64,000 nt of DNA, from positions 186,868,001-186,932,000 of the forward strand of contig NC_042998.1 of the NCBI RefSeq assembly GCF_006345805.1. The letters are read 5' to 3'. Of this stretch, positions 47,797 to 59,645 are shown one piece after another. The notes under the pieces were generated by a model that saw only the letters and a list, made by a program, of their open reading frames with translations, made no database searches and was not told the DNA's origin. Source of the stretch: Octopus sinensis (lineage: Eukaryota). The position numbers and the translations under genes are program-made. The stretch's first letter is position 1. Every line of letters starts with the position of its first letter.

Positions 47797-48154
47797 CTAG
47801 CACTATGACCTGGCAATGCTGGGTCATACTGCTAGTGCATGCATATACAGCTGCGTGCGTGCGCACATACACACGAGTACTGTCCAAATTTCCGACCAAT
47901 CACATACAGCTAGCTGGCATTCAATTGGCGTATCAAGTTTCGGGCATTCTGATTAGGTTTTGGATAGAAAATTCACAAAAAAGTCACTTCTATTGATTTT
48001 TCAATGGCTTTGCGGGGTGACTGGAGAAATGTAAAGATGTGCACGACCACCCTTCGATGGTTTTGAATGACCATAGAAAGTGCGAGCCCTCTAACTGAAA
48101 AATCGTGGATTTGTATAAAGGGCATACACACAGACAGACATTTTGCCGTTTAGA
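47797..48154 (-). mobile_element. Non-autonomous Helitron, second family
   Basis: Minus strand: A|TCTAAACGGCAAAATGTCTGTCTG...TGACCCAGCATTGCCAGGTCA hairpin, then TAGTGCTAG|T. Confidence 0.72.
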
Positions 48155-48336
48155 TACATTTTTAAATAGGTTCTCTTACTGATTCTAATTAAGCATATCT
48201 TGCTAATAAACAATGCAAGGATGTTCATAAAAATCAATCTCAAACTAACATTACACAAGTCACTTAAACATTTTTCTACACAAAATAATTGCAAAAAAAA
48301 TTTGAAAATATACGAGAGAAGTAAAATGTTACTCAC

Positions 48337-51300
48337 TGTAGCTGAAGCAATTGCAGCTGCCTCTTCAAGACCATACAGTTTATTCCCTATTAAATATACA
48401 CCGTCTGACCAAACAACACAATCTTCATGGACCCAAACCTCAGATACATCAGAATTTAACTGCTCACAGTCTACATCACTGCCACAACCTCGTTCATCAC
48501 TTGATGACTTTCGTATTCGCCTGTCAATACCACTGGTTTGCTCAACAAAAGGTAAAGTCCTCTTCCGTTTGTGTTTACTGTCCATTTTGGATAAATCTTC
48601 AGAAATAGGAGTCAAGGTTGAAGCATTAGGTGAGCTGTCAGGGTTAGAGGCTTGGCCAAGAGGTGACGGTAAAGGAGGTGCAGTCAATGCTGGAGGAACC
48701 TGCACTTTGTCAGGTTTTTCTGATTTTACAGTGGGGTGGAAGCCCTCTGGATAATAAGGTCCAAATAAATCTCCGAGAAATTTGTAAGTGCTACCTTTAC
48801 CACACAGTACACAAACCCAAACATCCCCGATTAAAGAGGTTCTGGGAACTAAGACAGATTTTTCAGACGGTAAATTAGATATCTGAACTGAAGATCCGGT
48901 TGAGGGACATTTGATTTTAGACTTCTTGTTCAATTTGGAGTCATTGTCTTCTTGGTGTTGATTAACAACTATGCAGTTTGCCGGTTCATCCTTTATAGTC
49001 GTCATCCGTATAAATGGACCAGTTGTAACAGATCCCATCTCATTTTTTTTCTTTTTGGTGCTGGACATTAAATCCATTGTTTTTTTCAGTTTCAAAGACT
49101 TGAAAGAGTCACTATCAGGGGGAAAAGCGCTATAAATATCAGACTTGCCACGACTTATCTTTCGACCCCGCAAAGACCCTTTTGCTGGCGGTCGCCCTTT
49201 CTTTTTCTTTTTACCAGCAGATGTGCTGCTCTTCTTGTCAGGTGTCATTGCCCCATCAGTTTCATTTGTTTCAGAGGGTGTCAATTCTTCTTTAAATTCA
49301 ACATTTAAAGAAAGTTGAGGGTCAGGGCAAAGCTCATTAGCCTTGCTATCACTTGCTTCTTCATCACTTAAGTCAGAGTTATTCTCCATGTTATTGGAAA
49401 ATTCCTGCTTAATAGGATTACTCTCGTCAGTCAAGTCTATTTCCAAGATTTCTACAGGTGCTTTAGAAATTGGTGCAGGTTCTGGTTCCGGATTTCTTGA
49501 AGGAAAAACTTCAGATTTAATTGTCCTTTTTCTCTTAGAACAGAGAATATTTTCATCATAAGATACAGAATCAACCATTATATTTGTATCCACAACACAG
49601 TCAAAGTCTACAGATGATGAATCTTGTCGCTTTCGGCGTCTTCTTACCATTGGTTCTGGAGTGCGACTACTATCTTCTCCACTGACGTCATGCTCCATGG
49701 GACTAGCTTTCGCAGCTGTCGTGGAATGTTGCTCATCTTCATCACATGGTTCTTTTTTTATTACTGTGGTATTATCTATTTGTTCTTCCTCGTTGGAAGT
49801 TGAATGGGTAGGCCTTTCAAAGAGACATTTTTTGTTCTCTTCAGGTGCAGGGCCAAGAGCTGTGTGACTTTTCTCTTCTTGAGAAGATTTTGTTTGTTGG
49901 CTGATTCGGCTACTGCCTCGTTTTTTATTTTTTGGAGTCTGGCTTAATTCCTCTTTCTTAGACTGAGAAGTATTATCACCAACTAACTCGATACTGTCTT
50001 TTTGAAAGAGACTGTCTGTATCCAGCTCTAACTTGGATTGTTCTGTTGTACTACCTTCTTCTTTGCTGTTGTCCAGAGCACTGTCAGAATTGGACAAGGT
50101 TTTCGTTTGCTCACAACCGTTCGTTCTTTCTTCTGCTGGCTCTTCATCTCTTGATATGTGCTCATCATCAACGGTATCCAATTCACAACTGCCAGTAATC
50201 TCTGGCCCCCCACCAGCGTACACCTTACTCTGAGAAGTTGTAATTGATCGGAGTAAAGAATTACGCATTTGCCGCGTATACGTGTTACCTGAATCTTTAC
50301 GTACACGAAGCCGAGAGCTGGTTTCATTGTCTTGTTCTTCTTTCTGAGCTATTGCTTTTACAGTTTGGTTATTTTGGATACGCTTTGATCTCTTCACTTT
50401 GCTAAGATTTGTCTGAGTAGCACTAGTTTGCACACTTTGCTTCACAGCAGCAGCAGCAGTTGTAGTAGTAGTTGTAGCAGTCGTAGTAGTAGTGGTAGTA
50501 GTAGTAGTAACAGGAAGGAGGGCTGATAAGGAAGTAGGAGTAGAAACAGAATTATTTGTCAGTGCACTGCTTTCACTTGTAGAATATACAGGCGATGACA
50601 CTGTGAAGGATGTGTTTGTGTTAATGATTGCAGTGGTTGATGCAGTCACTACATTGACATCAGTGGAAAGGCTAGTATTCACAGTCATTTTCTTTCTGGG
50701 ACTGCGACGGGTTGCTTGAGGTGGATTCTCGTTACTTTTCAAAGAACCTGAAGGATTTGGATTATTGGCACCTTCAGACGACTCAGTTTTCACATCTAGT
50801 TTAATTTCTACTTGTAGTTCAGCAGTATTTTCTTTATGTTGGTTCTTGTTTTCTTTTGGGGAGCAAGAAATGCCATCTTCACATTTTGGACTGAGACACA
50901 AAGTTTCTTCTTTACTTTGCGAGAGGTCGGGACTTGGATAGACATCTGTTATACCATTAACCAGAGGATTCGGCGAGCACTGGAGTTGCTTCGGAGATGC
51001 AGGTGTCTCATTATCATCTTGACTGTTAGTTTCCATTTCTACTTCTATATCAGCGAGAGGCTGAGAAAACAACGGAGCAGAGACGGCTGAGGACATTGAG
51101 TGTGGTGGTGTATTCGCTGAATCAGTGCTAGGATTTCCAACAAGGCAGCCTGACTTGCTGGTAGTTTGAGATGGAGTTGCAGTATTTGAGCAAGAAGTAA
51201 CACTAGCATTTATAGAATTCTGTTCAGGAGAGAACAATGAATTGGAAATTGCTGAAGATGAAGATGTATCATCTAATGGTGCACTTACGCTAGAATTCAC

Positions 51301-52309
51301 AGTGGCAGTACTGCTGTTATCCGAGTCAAGAATATCTTGCTTATTGCTTTCAAAAGAAACCACTTCATGTTTCATTTCAACTGGAGAGTTTTCCAATTTA
51401 GATTGAAATGGGACTTTATTATTAAATGTTGGAATATCCAATTGATCTGGTAGTTTTGTGTCAGCAGATGTTTCAGTGTGACTCACAGTATTGTTACTGG
51501 TGTCCTCAGCAAAGCGCACATCCCACTTGAGCGTAGGAGATGGTGGAGGAACTGAAACCTGTTGTGGTGATGCCTTTGTGTTCAGGTTATTGTCTTGTTT
51601 GGCTAGGAGACCATGAAGGGCCCCATTGTCTTCCAGTGTTGAAGAAGCAGGAGGCAATGAAAGAGGAGCTATAGTAGGGTTTGGTGGTGGAGGTGGTGAT
51701 ATTTTAAATGAATAGTCTGACTTGTTAGAGCCAGAATTGTTGCTAGTGGTTGTGTTGCCATTATCACAGTGTTTTCCATCAGTACAACTGGTACTGCCAC
51801 AGGCAGTGCTACTATTGCTGCAAGAGGTTGAGGACGAGTTGGAAGAAATACAGCCACCAGAATTTCGATGATCACTTGGAATATCACAGTTTTTTGGGCC
51901 TTCATTATTATGAGAGGGGGAGGGTAGACAAGCATCATTGACTACACTCTTTGGATCTATCACTTGTGACTCTGGAAGCAACACAAGTTTTTCGAGTGAT
52001 TGTAAGGGGTTCTTGACAACAAGAGGAGCTGCTGTAGATTGGCTAGCAGTGGAGTCCTGGGAGGCATCACTAACATATGGGCTCATTGATGGTGTATGTT
52101 GAAAGTTTTGGCTTTGAGGGGGACTGTTAATATGAGCTTTTGACAATGCATATGGTGAGCCAGCATGGCTGATAGGGGAACCTATGGGATGAGGAGAGTA
52201 TCGATTTTGAGATGGAGGTCTTTGTTGCTGTGGCTGTTGCTGATGTTGTGGTTGTTGTTGTTGAGGCTGTTGATGATGTTGATGATGATGATGCTGTTGT
52301 TGTGGTGGC

Positions 52310-52343
<34 letters not shown>

Positions 52344-53337
52344 GCTGCTGCTGCTGCTGTTGTTGTTGTTGTTGTTGTTGTTGATGTTGTGGACCTGGAG
52401 ACTTAATACTAGTGTTGCATGAAACATAACCACTACTACTGTTACTGCCTAACGGAGACTGTTGCATCCCAGAAGAACTGTTTATTGAATGTGGAGGAGA
52501 GCAAATCTGTTTTCCACAGCCCACAGGCGACGTCATCGATTGAACAGCACAAGGCGAACGAAGACTACTTGTAATTGGGGACGGCGTAGTGACAGGAGAT
52601 TTCACATTGGCTGGAGCAGGACTATGTAAAGAGACAGGACTGGAATTTGGCATAGACTGGTTACTATGATGACTTGCTGGACTATGCATCAACATAGGGC
52701 TTATCGGAGATGTCCGGGCTGCAGGTGGATGGGGTGATGTACTAGGATAGCCATACTGAGCAGCATTGTGACGCATCTGAGGCTGAACAGGACTGTTACA
52801 AGTCTGCATGCTATACTGAGGTGAGCGGGGTAGGTGATATGGTGCAGTCCGGCTCTTGTTGATGGGAACATGTACTGTCTGATTACTAGGATAGTTTACC
52901 GAAGCCATTTGCAAAATGTTGTCGGCTACTTGCTGTGGGTTCTGGCAACTGGAGGAGTGTCGCATATATGGATGAGAATGCGGATTGTGGGAAGAACTAG
53001 AAGAAGAAGCAGGTGATGAACTGTACATGGAGTTGCTGGCCATACTGGACATCTGCGCAGCTGATAGCTGTGACATTTGTGCAGCTGACATTTGTACAGC
53101 AGCAGCAGCAGCAGCGGAACTCTGTGCCACAGCACCCATAGAAGAATAATGAGAGGCTTGGTAGGGGCTAGAAAAACGTTGTCCCATGAACTGTTGAGAC
53201 TGGTTATGTTGGTTGTACATTGCTGCAGCTGCAGCGGCATTGTGTCCATGAAAAGAAGTTTGTTGGGAAAGCATCATATGACTGGAAGGATGATCGCCAT
53301 AACTCTGCAGTGGATAACCAGACATACCACGACTCAT
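48337..53337 (-). CDS. RAI1/TCF20: RAI1/TCF20-like gene, giant 5001-nt coding exon
   Basis: Corresponds to the 1748-aa ORF in the track. Acceptor tttgtag|ATGAGT at 53337, donor GCTACA|gtgagt at 48337 (1667 codons). Contains S/P/Q-rich regions, polyQ, KKKKKGRPP and the split ePHD N-half (VCVLCGKGSTYKFLGDLFGPYYP...EVWVHEDCVVWSDGVYLIGNKLYGLEEA) typical of RAI1/TCF20. Confidence 0.93.
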
Positions 53338-53571
53338 CTACAAATACACAAAGGACATCAGAATAACACTCACTGATTATGTTTAGAACTTCGGCAAATA
53401 AGTTGCCCAAATCTTTATCAATTTTGAGATTGAGTATAAATGCAAGAGACAGAAAAAAATTATTAAAGCAATTAAAAAGCAAAAATGAAGGCTTCCTCAA
53501 AAGATATTTCATTTGAAAGAACTCCATTTTTGACCTCCTTTTTATAATTTGACAACTATTTCATAAAATAT

Positions 53572-53756
53572 GCAGGTGGCACGTAAAAAGCACCCACTAC
53601 ACTCACGGAGTGGTTGGCATTAGGAAGGGCATCCAGCCGTAGAAACACTGTCAAATCTGACTGGGCCTGATGAAGCCTTCCGGCTTCACAGACCCCAGTT
53701 GAAACCGTCCAACCCATGCTAGCATGGAAAACGGACACTAAATGATGATGATGATA
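53572..53756 (+). mobile_element. RTE LINE 3' end (an older one follows at about 53845-54025)
   Basis: Conserved tail. Confidence 0.82.
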
Positions 53757-54341
53757 TTTAACTTCTCTGAAAATGCTAGTATGCAATGAATGTGTGTGAA
53801 AATGTTGATACTTGCATATGAAGAAGTATTTTTACAGCAGTCTCATGCCAGTGCCACGTAAAAAGCACCAAGTACACTGTAAAGTGGTTGGCATTGGGAA
53901 GGGTATCTAGCAGTATAAACCAAACCAAAATAGGCAATGGAGTCAGGTGTGGCCCCTGGTCTTGTCAGCTTTCCATCAAAGCCAGCATGGAAAACAGGCA
54001 TTAAATGAAGATGAGACTGATGATGTTTTTCAACAGGCGAGAATGATACCTATTTTCAGTGAGGCAGACAAGTAGGATAAGCTTACAAAGGGACATAATT
54101 CTTGTGATTAAAATTTAATAATTGTACCTTAGCTACATGTTAGATGAGTCTGCTCAGAAAACTCAAATGTAATTCAATATATAGTACTAAAAATGCGTTA
54201 TTATAGATTTTCTTTTAAAATTAATATCTTATAAGGCATATCTCAGATTCTAATGAATTGTTGATATTAAAACAGCCATGAAATGAAAACATAAAAATGA
54301 AACAACAAATTTTATTTAACAATTAAAAGATATTTCCTTAC

Positions 54342-54440
54342 CATCTGAGGATTGTCTCTAGTGAGGTAATCAGAACTTAGAGCCATACGTCCAGTATTGG
54401 CACCATAAGGATTAGGCATATCCTCCGGATAATGATTCAT
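54342..54440 (-). CDS. RAI1/TCF20: RAI1/TCF20-like gene, first coding exon (exon 54445-54342; MNHYPEDMPNPYGANTGRMALSSDYLTRDNPQM)
   Basis: Acceptor ttcctatcgtag|GTCCTATG and donor CAGATG|gtaagg. The 99 nt are open and phase 0, joining in frame to the 5-kb exon. Not in the ORF track (under 60 aa). Confidence 0.8.
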
Positions 54441-54466
54441 AGGACCTACGATAGGAAATAAATACA

Positions 54467-55235
54467 AAAAAGAAAGGTTATTAATTTAAACATTATAAAT
54501 TGGTATAAATTGGATAGGACAAAAAAGATATGCATTAACCCTTTCGTTACTATATTTATTTTCAGAAGCTCTGTGTTTCTTTCAATTACCTTAAATATAA
54601 CAAAGAATTTATTAAAATAACTTAGTTATCATTCAGCTAGTGTTAGAAACATAAATTGTGACTAAGGTTTGGTGGAAGATTTTAATTCAAAACTTATGAA
54701 AACAAGATATTTGTACTCAGAGTCAGAGTCGGTTTCAGCCGGGTTGGTAACGAAAGGGTTAAAGGCTGCATTATTTTCACCTTCAACTGAATGTGAATTT
54801 TGCAGAGTCAGTTCTTTTTAGACTAAAAATATCTTGAATAAAGATGTAATAATAATTATAATAGACTCCATCTTTAAAATATTTTGCCAAAAATACCAAA
54901 GATATTATTTCAAAATAACACAAATTATTTTCTTCGACTGGTATAAAAAGAAAGGTTATTAATTTAAACATTATAAAAATGGGTGGCTTACTCAAAATAA
55001 TTGATAAATTAGTATAAATTGGATAGGACAAAAAAGATATGCATTAAAGGTTGCATTATTTTCACCTTCAACTGAATGTGAATTTTGTGGAGTCAATTCT
55101 TTTTAGACTAAAAATATCTTGAATAAAGATGTAATGATAATTAAAATAGACTCCATCTTTAAAATATTTTTACAAAAATACCAAAGATATTATTTCAAAA
55201 TAACACAAATTATTTTCTTCGACTGGTATAAAAAG
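54467..55235. repeat. Tandem duplication (about 270-290-bp unit); first copy interrupted by a MITE
   Basis: AAAGAAAGGTTATTAATTTAAAC...CGACTGGTATAAAAA occurs twice. Confidence 0.88.
54539..54758. mobile_element. piggyBac-like MITE family 1
   Basis: TTAA TSDs at 54535-54538 and 54759-54762; the empty site is present in the duplicate. Confidence 0.92.
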
Positions 55236-55681
55236 TGACTCATAATAAATAACTGATTTATGATTGAATGTAAATAAAGCATTGGTCATTGAGGTTTTGC
55301 ATGTAAGCAGTTGAACAAACAACATCTGGTACAATCATTCAGGACAATTGTAGTGTCAATAGTCAATTCATAAAGTTAATCTTAGAAGTAGTTTCACAAC
55401 TGTAATAAATTACACACCAAAAGACAAATTTTTTTTATTCATTATCCGTTTCAGTCATTTGACTTGTGGGCATGTTGCAGCACCACCTCAAAGGATTTTA
55501 GTCAAACAAATCAACCCCAGAACTTTTTTTAAAGCCTAGTACTTATTCTATCGGTCTCTGTTGCTAACCGCAAAGTTATGGGGACATAACACACCAACAG
55601 CAGTTGTCAAGCAATGATGGAGGGACAAACAGACACAAAGACACACACATACATACATAAATAAATAAATACATATATAAC

Positions 55682-56332
55682 TAGCAGTTGAGGGAACCTG
55701 TGGAAGAGGTAGACCCAGGAAAACCTGGGATGAGGTGGTGAAGTATGACCTTTGAACATTAGGCCTCACCGATATGCTGTGCTTGAGAAGACCCAGCAAG
55801 CCAAGTGAGACCATAACCATGGCCTATGCTAGTGCTGTACAACCAGCCCATTTAAGAGTACCCTTCAATCATTGGACAATAAACTACACTTGCAAAGACC
55901 TGTTGAGGCAAGTGAAATTACTGTTGTGGCCTATGACAGTACTGCCTGATTGGCACCCTGCCAGAGGAAAATTAAAAGCAACCATTTGAGTATGATTTTT
56001 GCCAGGGCCACTGACAGGCTCCTGTGCCGGTGGCACATAAAAAGCACCATTTGAGCGTAGTCGTTGCCAGTGCTGCCAGACTGGCTCCTGTGAAGGTGGC
56101 ACGTAAAAAGCACCCTTTGAGCACGGCCGATGCCAGTACTGCCTGACTGGCCCTCATGCCGGTGGCATGTAAAAAACCCACTACACTCTCTGAGTAGTTG
56201 GCATTAGGAAGGGCACCTAGCTGTAGAAAATCTGCCAGATCAGATTGGAGCCTGGTGCAGCCATCTGGTTCGCCAGTCAAATTGTCCAACCCATGCTAGC
56301 ATGGAAAGTGGATGTTAAATGATGTTGATGAT
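55682..56332 (+). mobile_element. RTE LINE 3' portion (end of ORF2 plus UTR repeats)
   Basis: LAVEGTCGRGRPRKTWDEVVK followed by the UTR and (GAT)n. Confidence 0.88.
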
Positions 56333-56580
56333 ATCATCATCATCATCGTTTAACGTCCATTTTCCGCGCTAGCACGGGTTGGACAGTTCGACCGGGGTTT
56401 GGGAAGCCAGGGGCGGCAGCAGGCTCCAGTCTGATCTGGCAGAGTTTCTACAGCTGGATGCCCTTCCTAACGCCAACCACTCCGCGAGTGTAGTGGGTGC
56501 TTTTTATGTGCCACCTGCACAGGTGCCAGGGGGGGTCTGGCATCGGCCACGTTCGGATGGTGCTTTTTATGTGCCACCAG
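56333..56580 (-). mobile_element. RTE LINE 3' end, tail-to-tail with the preceding copy
   Basis: (CAT)n CGTTTAACGTCC... Confidence 0.88.
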
Positions 56581-56760
56581 CCCATATATATATGTAATAC
56601 GTATGTAAGTATACATATAATTGAAAGATCGAAGGATCTAGGTGTAGGAAGTTAGTAAGCTTTGAGCAGTCTGTAAGCAGGAATAAAAACAACTTTCAGG
56701 AACAATAATAGTTTACAGGTGTAGAAAAACCTACAGCCTTCCATGCCAATAAACTATATA

Positions 56761-57457
56761 CATGGTGGTCACAAAGTCACATACCATGAGAGATATCAAG
56801 TATGCTTTATTAGCAAGGAAGTAGGTAATCCATTACAAATGTTCCAAGTGCTGGCCATGTAGCTCTAAACAAGTGTTCATATGGAATCAGAAATTGCGAT
56901 GAACCCTCTCAAATAGCTTTTCATTGCCACTGACTTGTTCATACACTTCAACAATTCTTTGAAGATGTCCTTGGTCACGAATTTTTTCAGAATATACAAG
57001 GGATTTAATGTAGTCCCCAGAAGAAAAAGTCCATGGGAGTTAAATCTGGTGACCATAATGCCCATTCAAATGGCCTGCAATGCCCGAGCCATCTTCCTGG
57101 AAAATGTTCATTCAGAAAATCACAAACCTGTAATGCATAAATGGGTGGAGCCCCATCCTGCTAAAACCAGGCAGGATTTCCTCTTCCAAGTGAATGCGCA
57201 TGAGGCATAATCCTGTTGCCAAGCATATCCACATACAAATTACTTGTCACAGAGCCCTCAAAATAAAATGGTCCAATTACTTGATTGTGCCAAATCCCAC
57301 ACCACATCATTACATTGTCCCAGCCTGGTTGATTATCTGCCTCCATCCAATGAGGATTAGTTTGTGAGAAATATCGGCAGTTGTGAAGAGATAAAAAAAA
57401 GAGAATGTCAGCAATTTCACATATTGCAGGATGGTGTGTGACTTTATGGCCACCCTG
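56761..57457 (-). mobile_element. Internally deleted Tc1/mariner (rosa/maT-like) element
   Basis: TIR CA(G/T)GGTGG(C/T)CA(T/C)AAAGTCACA. Peptides VMMWCGIW...[32 protein letters not shown]. Confidence 0.82.
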
Positions 57458-57526
57458 CATGTATATATGTATGCGTGTATATATATATATGTATGCGTGT
57501 ATATATATATATATATATGTGTATGC

Positions 57527-57567
<41 letters not shown>

Positions 57568-57591
57568 CGTGTATATATATATGTATGCGTG

Positions 57592-57622
<31 letters not shown>

Positions 57623-57702
57623 ATATATATATATGTGTGTGGTGTGTGTGTATATATATATATATGTGTGTGTGTGTATATATAATATATGTGTGTGTGT
57701 AT

Positions 57703-57735
<33 letters not shown>

Positions 57736-57994
57736 ATATATATATTTCTTTGCTACCCACAAGGGGCTAAACACAGAGAGGACAAACAAGGACAGACAAG
57801 GATTAAGTCGATTACATCGACCCCAGTGCGCAACTGGTACTTAATTTATTGACCCCGAAAGGATGAAAGGCAAAGTCGACCTCGGCGGAATTTGAACTCA
57901 GAACGTAACGGCAGACGAAATACGGCCACGCATTTCGCCCGGCGTGCTAACGTTTCTGCCAGCTCGCCGCCTTCTGTGTGTATATATATATATA

Positions 57995-58027
<33 letters not shown>

Positions 58028-58051
58028 GTGTGGTGTGTGTATATATAATAT

Positions 58052-58121
<70 letters not shown>

Positions 58122-58175
58122 TATATATATATATATGTGTGTGTGTGTGTATATATATATATGTGTGTGTGTATA

Positions 58176-58208
<33 letters not shown>
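57458..58208. repeat. Compound TA/TG/CG microsatellites flanking a SINE A copy
   Basis: Direct reading; source of the YIYI/VCVY ORFs. Confidence 0.95.
57745..57972 (-). mobile_element. SINE family A, full length
   Basis: Reverse complement of the consensus. Confidence 0.9.
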
Positions 58209-58704
58209 GGCACTCAAAGCTTCCACCCACGTTAAAAGTTAAAATATTTAGAACACTGATTGAGCCAGTCCTTCTTTATGGATCAGAGAAGGCTCTCTTA
58301 GAAAAAAACAACTAGATTGAACACATACCAAGCTGCTCAGAAAGATACAGAAAAGAAAGATAACAGATGGAGATCACACCCATCTTGTGAGAATATCTGA
58401 AAGACACAGTATACCATAACAAACTTCAGACCATCCAGCAATTTAAGGAAAAGAAATTGAAGGAATAAGCCAAGAAATATTAGAAATGGTGATGGAACAA
58501 TCTTTAGAAAGAGCTCACCATTATCAAGAATGAAATGATGGTTATTTAAAGGGACATAATTTTCAAAACTAACTAAAAATGTTTCCCAAGAAGTGTATTT
58601 ATTGTTTATAAAAGACTGAATATTGAATACAAAAAAGGATTATTATATTTTGAAATGGTCAAGGAATTATTGGGCCAACCTGTACATACATATAAACATG
58701 TACA

Positions 58705-58830
58705 TAGCTGTAGAAACACTGCCAGATCTGACTGGACTGGTGCAGCTTTCGGGCTCCCCAGACCCCAGTTGAACCGTCCAACCCATGCTAGCATGGAAAA
58801 CGGACGTTAAATGATGATGATGATGATGAT
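58705..58830 (+). mobile_element. RTE LINE extreme 3' end
   Basis: Conserved tail plus (GAT)n. Confidence 0.82.
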
Positions 58831-59396
58831 GATATACATATATACACACACATACACATAAATTCATATATAAATAAACACATATGTACAAATGTACATG
58901 ATAGTACGTATGTGTATATAGACATACGTGTGTTTATATATACATATATATATGTCTATGTGTATAAACACACATATGTATATATATATACACACATACA
59001 CACACATGCATGCATACATACATGTGTGTGTGTGTATTTATATAAAGTCAATGCTTGGTTTACGGATTTAATTTATTCCTGAAGGGCGTTTGTCGCTTGA
59101 AATATTTGTAAACTGAAACTATTTTTCCCATAGGAAATTCAAGAGAAGGCAGAGCGAATTCAAGCAGGGATGCGCACTGAGTGAAAGCTAGACAGCAACT
59201 GATACTCCCAGCTTGTTGCCAATGGCTGTTGCCGGCTTCAATGTTCATTACTTGAGACTCTGTTCACTAGCTGAACAAGTTTCATGCTCAAGGAATTATT
59301 CGTAAACCAAATTATTTGTGATGGGAGGCCTTTGTAAACAGAAGTTCAATAGTATATATTCAGATATACCTATGATGATAATATATATATATATAT

Positions 59397-59600
59397 AGTT
59401 AATCCAAACATGAAAGCACCAAAAAACACAACGCGAGGACGTGGAACAAATATAGTATTATTGGACGCTCAGGAAAGAAGGGGGGTTTAATGTTTCAAGC
59501 GGAGCTCTTCGCCGGAAACATAGGAGAAGGAAAGATCCAGAGAAGGGAAGAAAGAGGGAAAAAAATCACCAACGGTACACACGCGGCCACATTTTGAAAA
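59397..59600 (-). mobile_element. Penelope-type pLTR-like repeat with a decayed hammerhead
   Basis: Minus strand GUUU C CGGCGA A GAGC UCC GCUU GAAAC AUUA AAC; (TA)n flanks. Confidence 0.5.
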
Positions 59601-59645
59601 TATATATATATATACACACACACATATATATACACACTGTAAAGT

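Noticed and set aside
48091-48336. C-terminal 81 aa of the 1748-aa ORF (VSNILLLSYIF...NPRFFS)
   Set aside because: Read-through past the GTGAGT donor into AT-rich intron and a Helitron. The PHD continues properly only via the 38302 exon.
48200-53527. Numerous + strand and off-frame ORFs overlapping the giant exon
   Set aside because: Antisense shadows of a low-complexity coding exon; no independent signals.
59125-59200. + strand acceptor-like site followed by EIQEKAERIQAGMRTE*
   Set aside because: Too short, no partner exons found; cannot be distinguished from chance.
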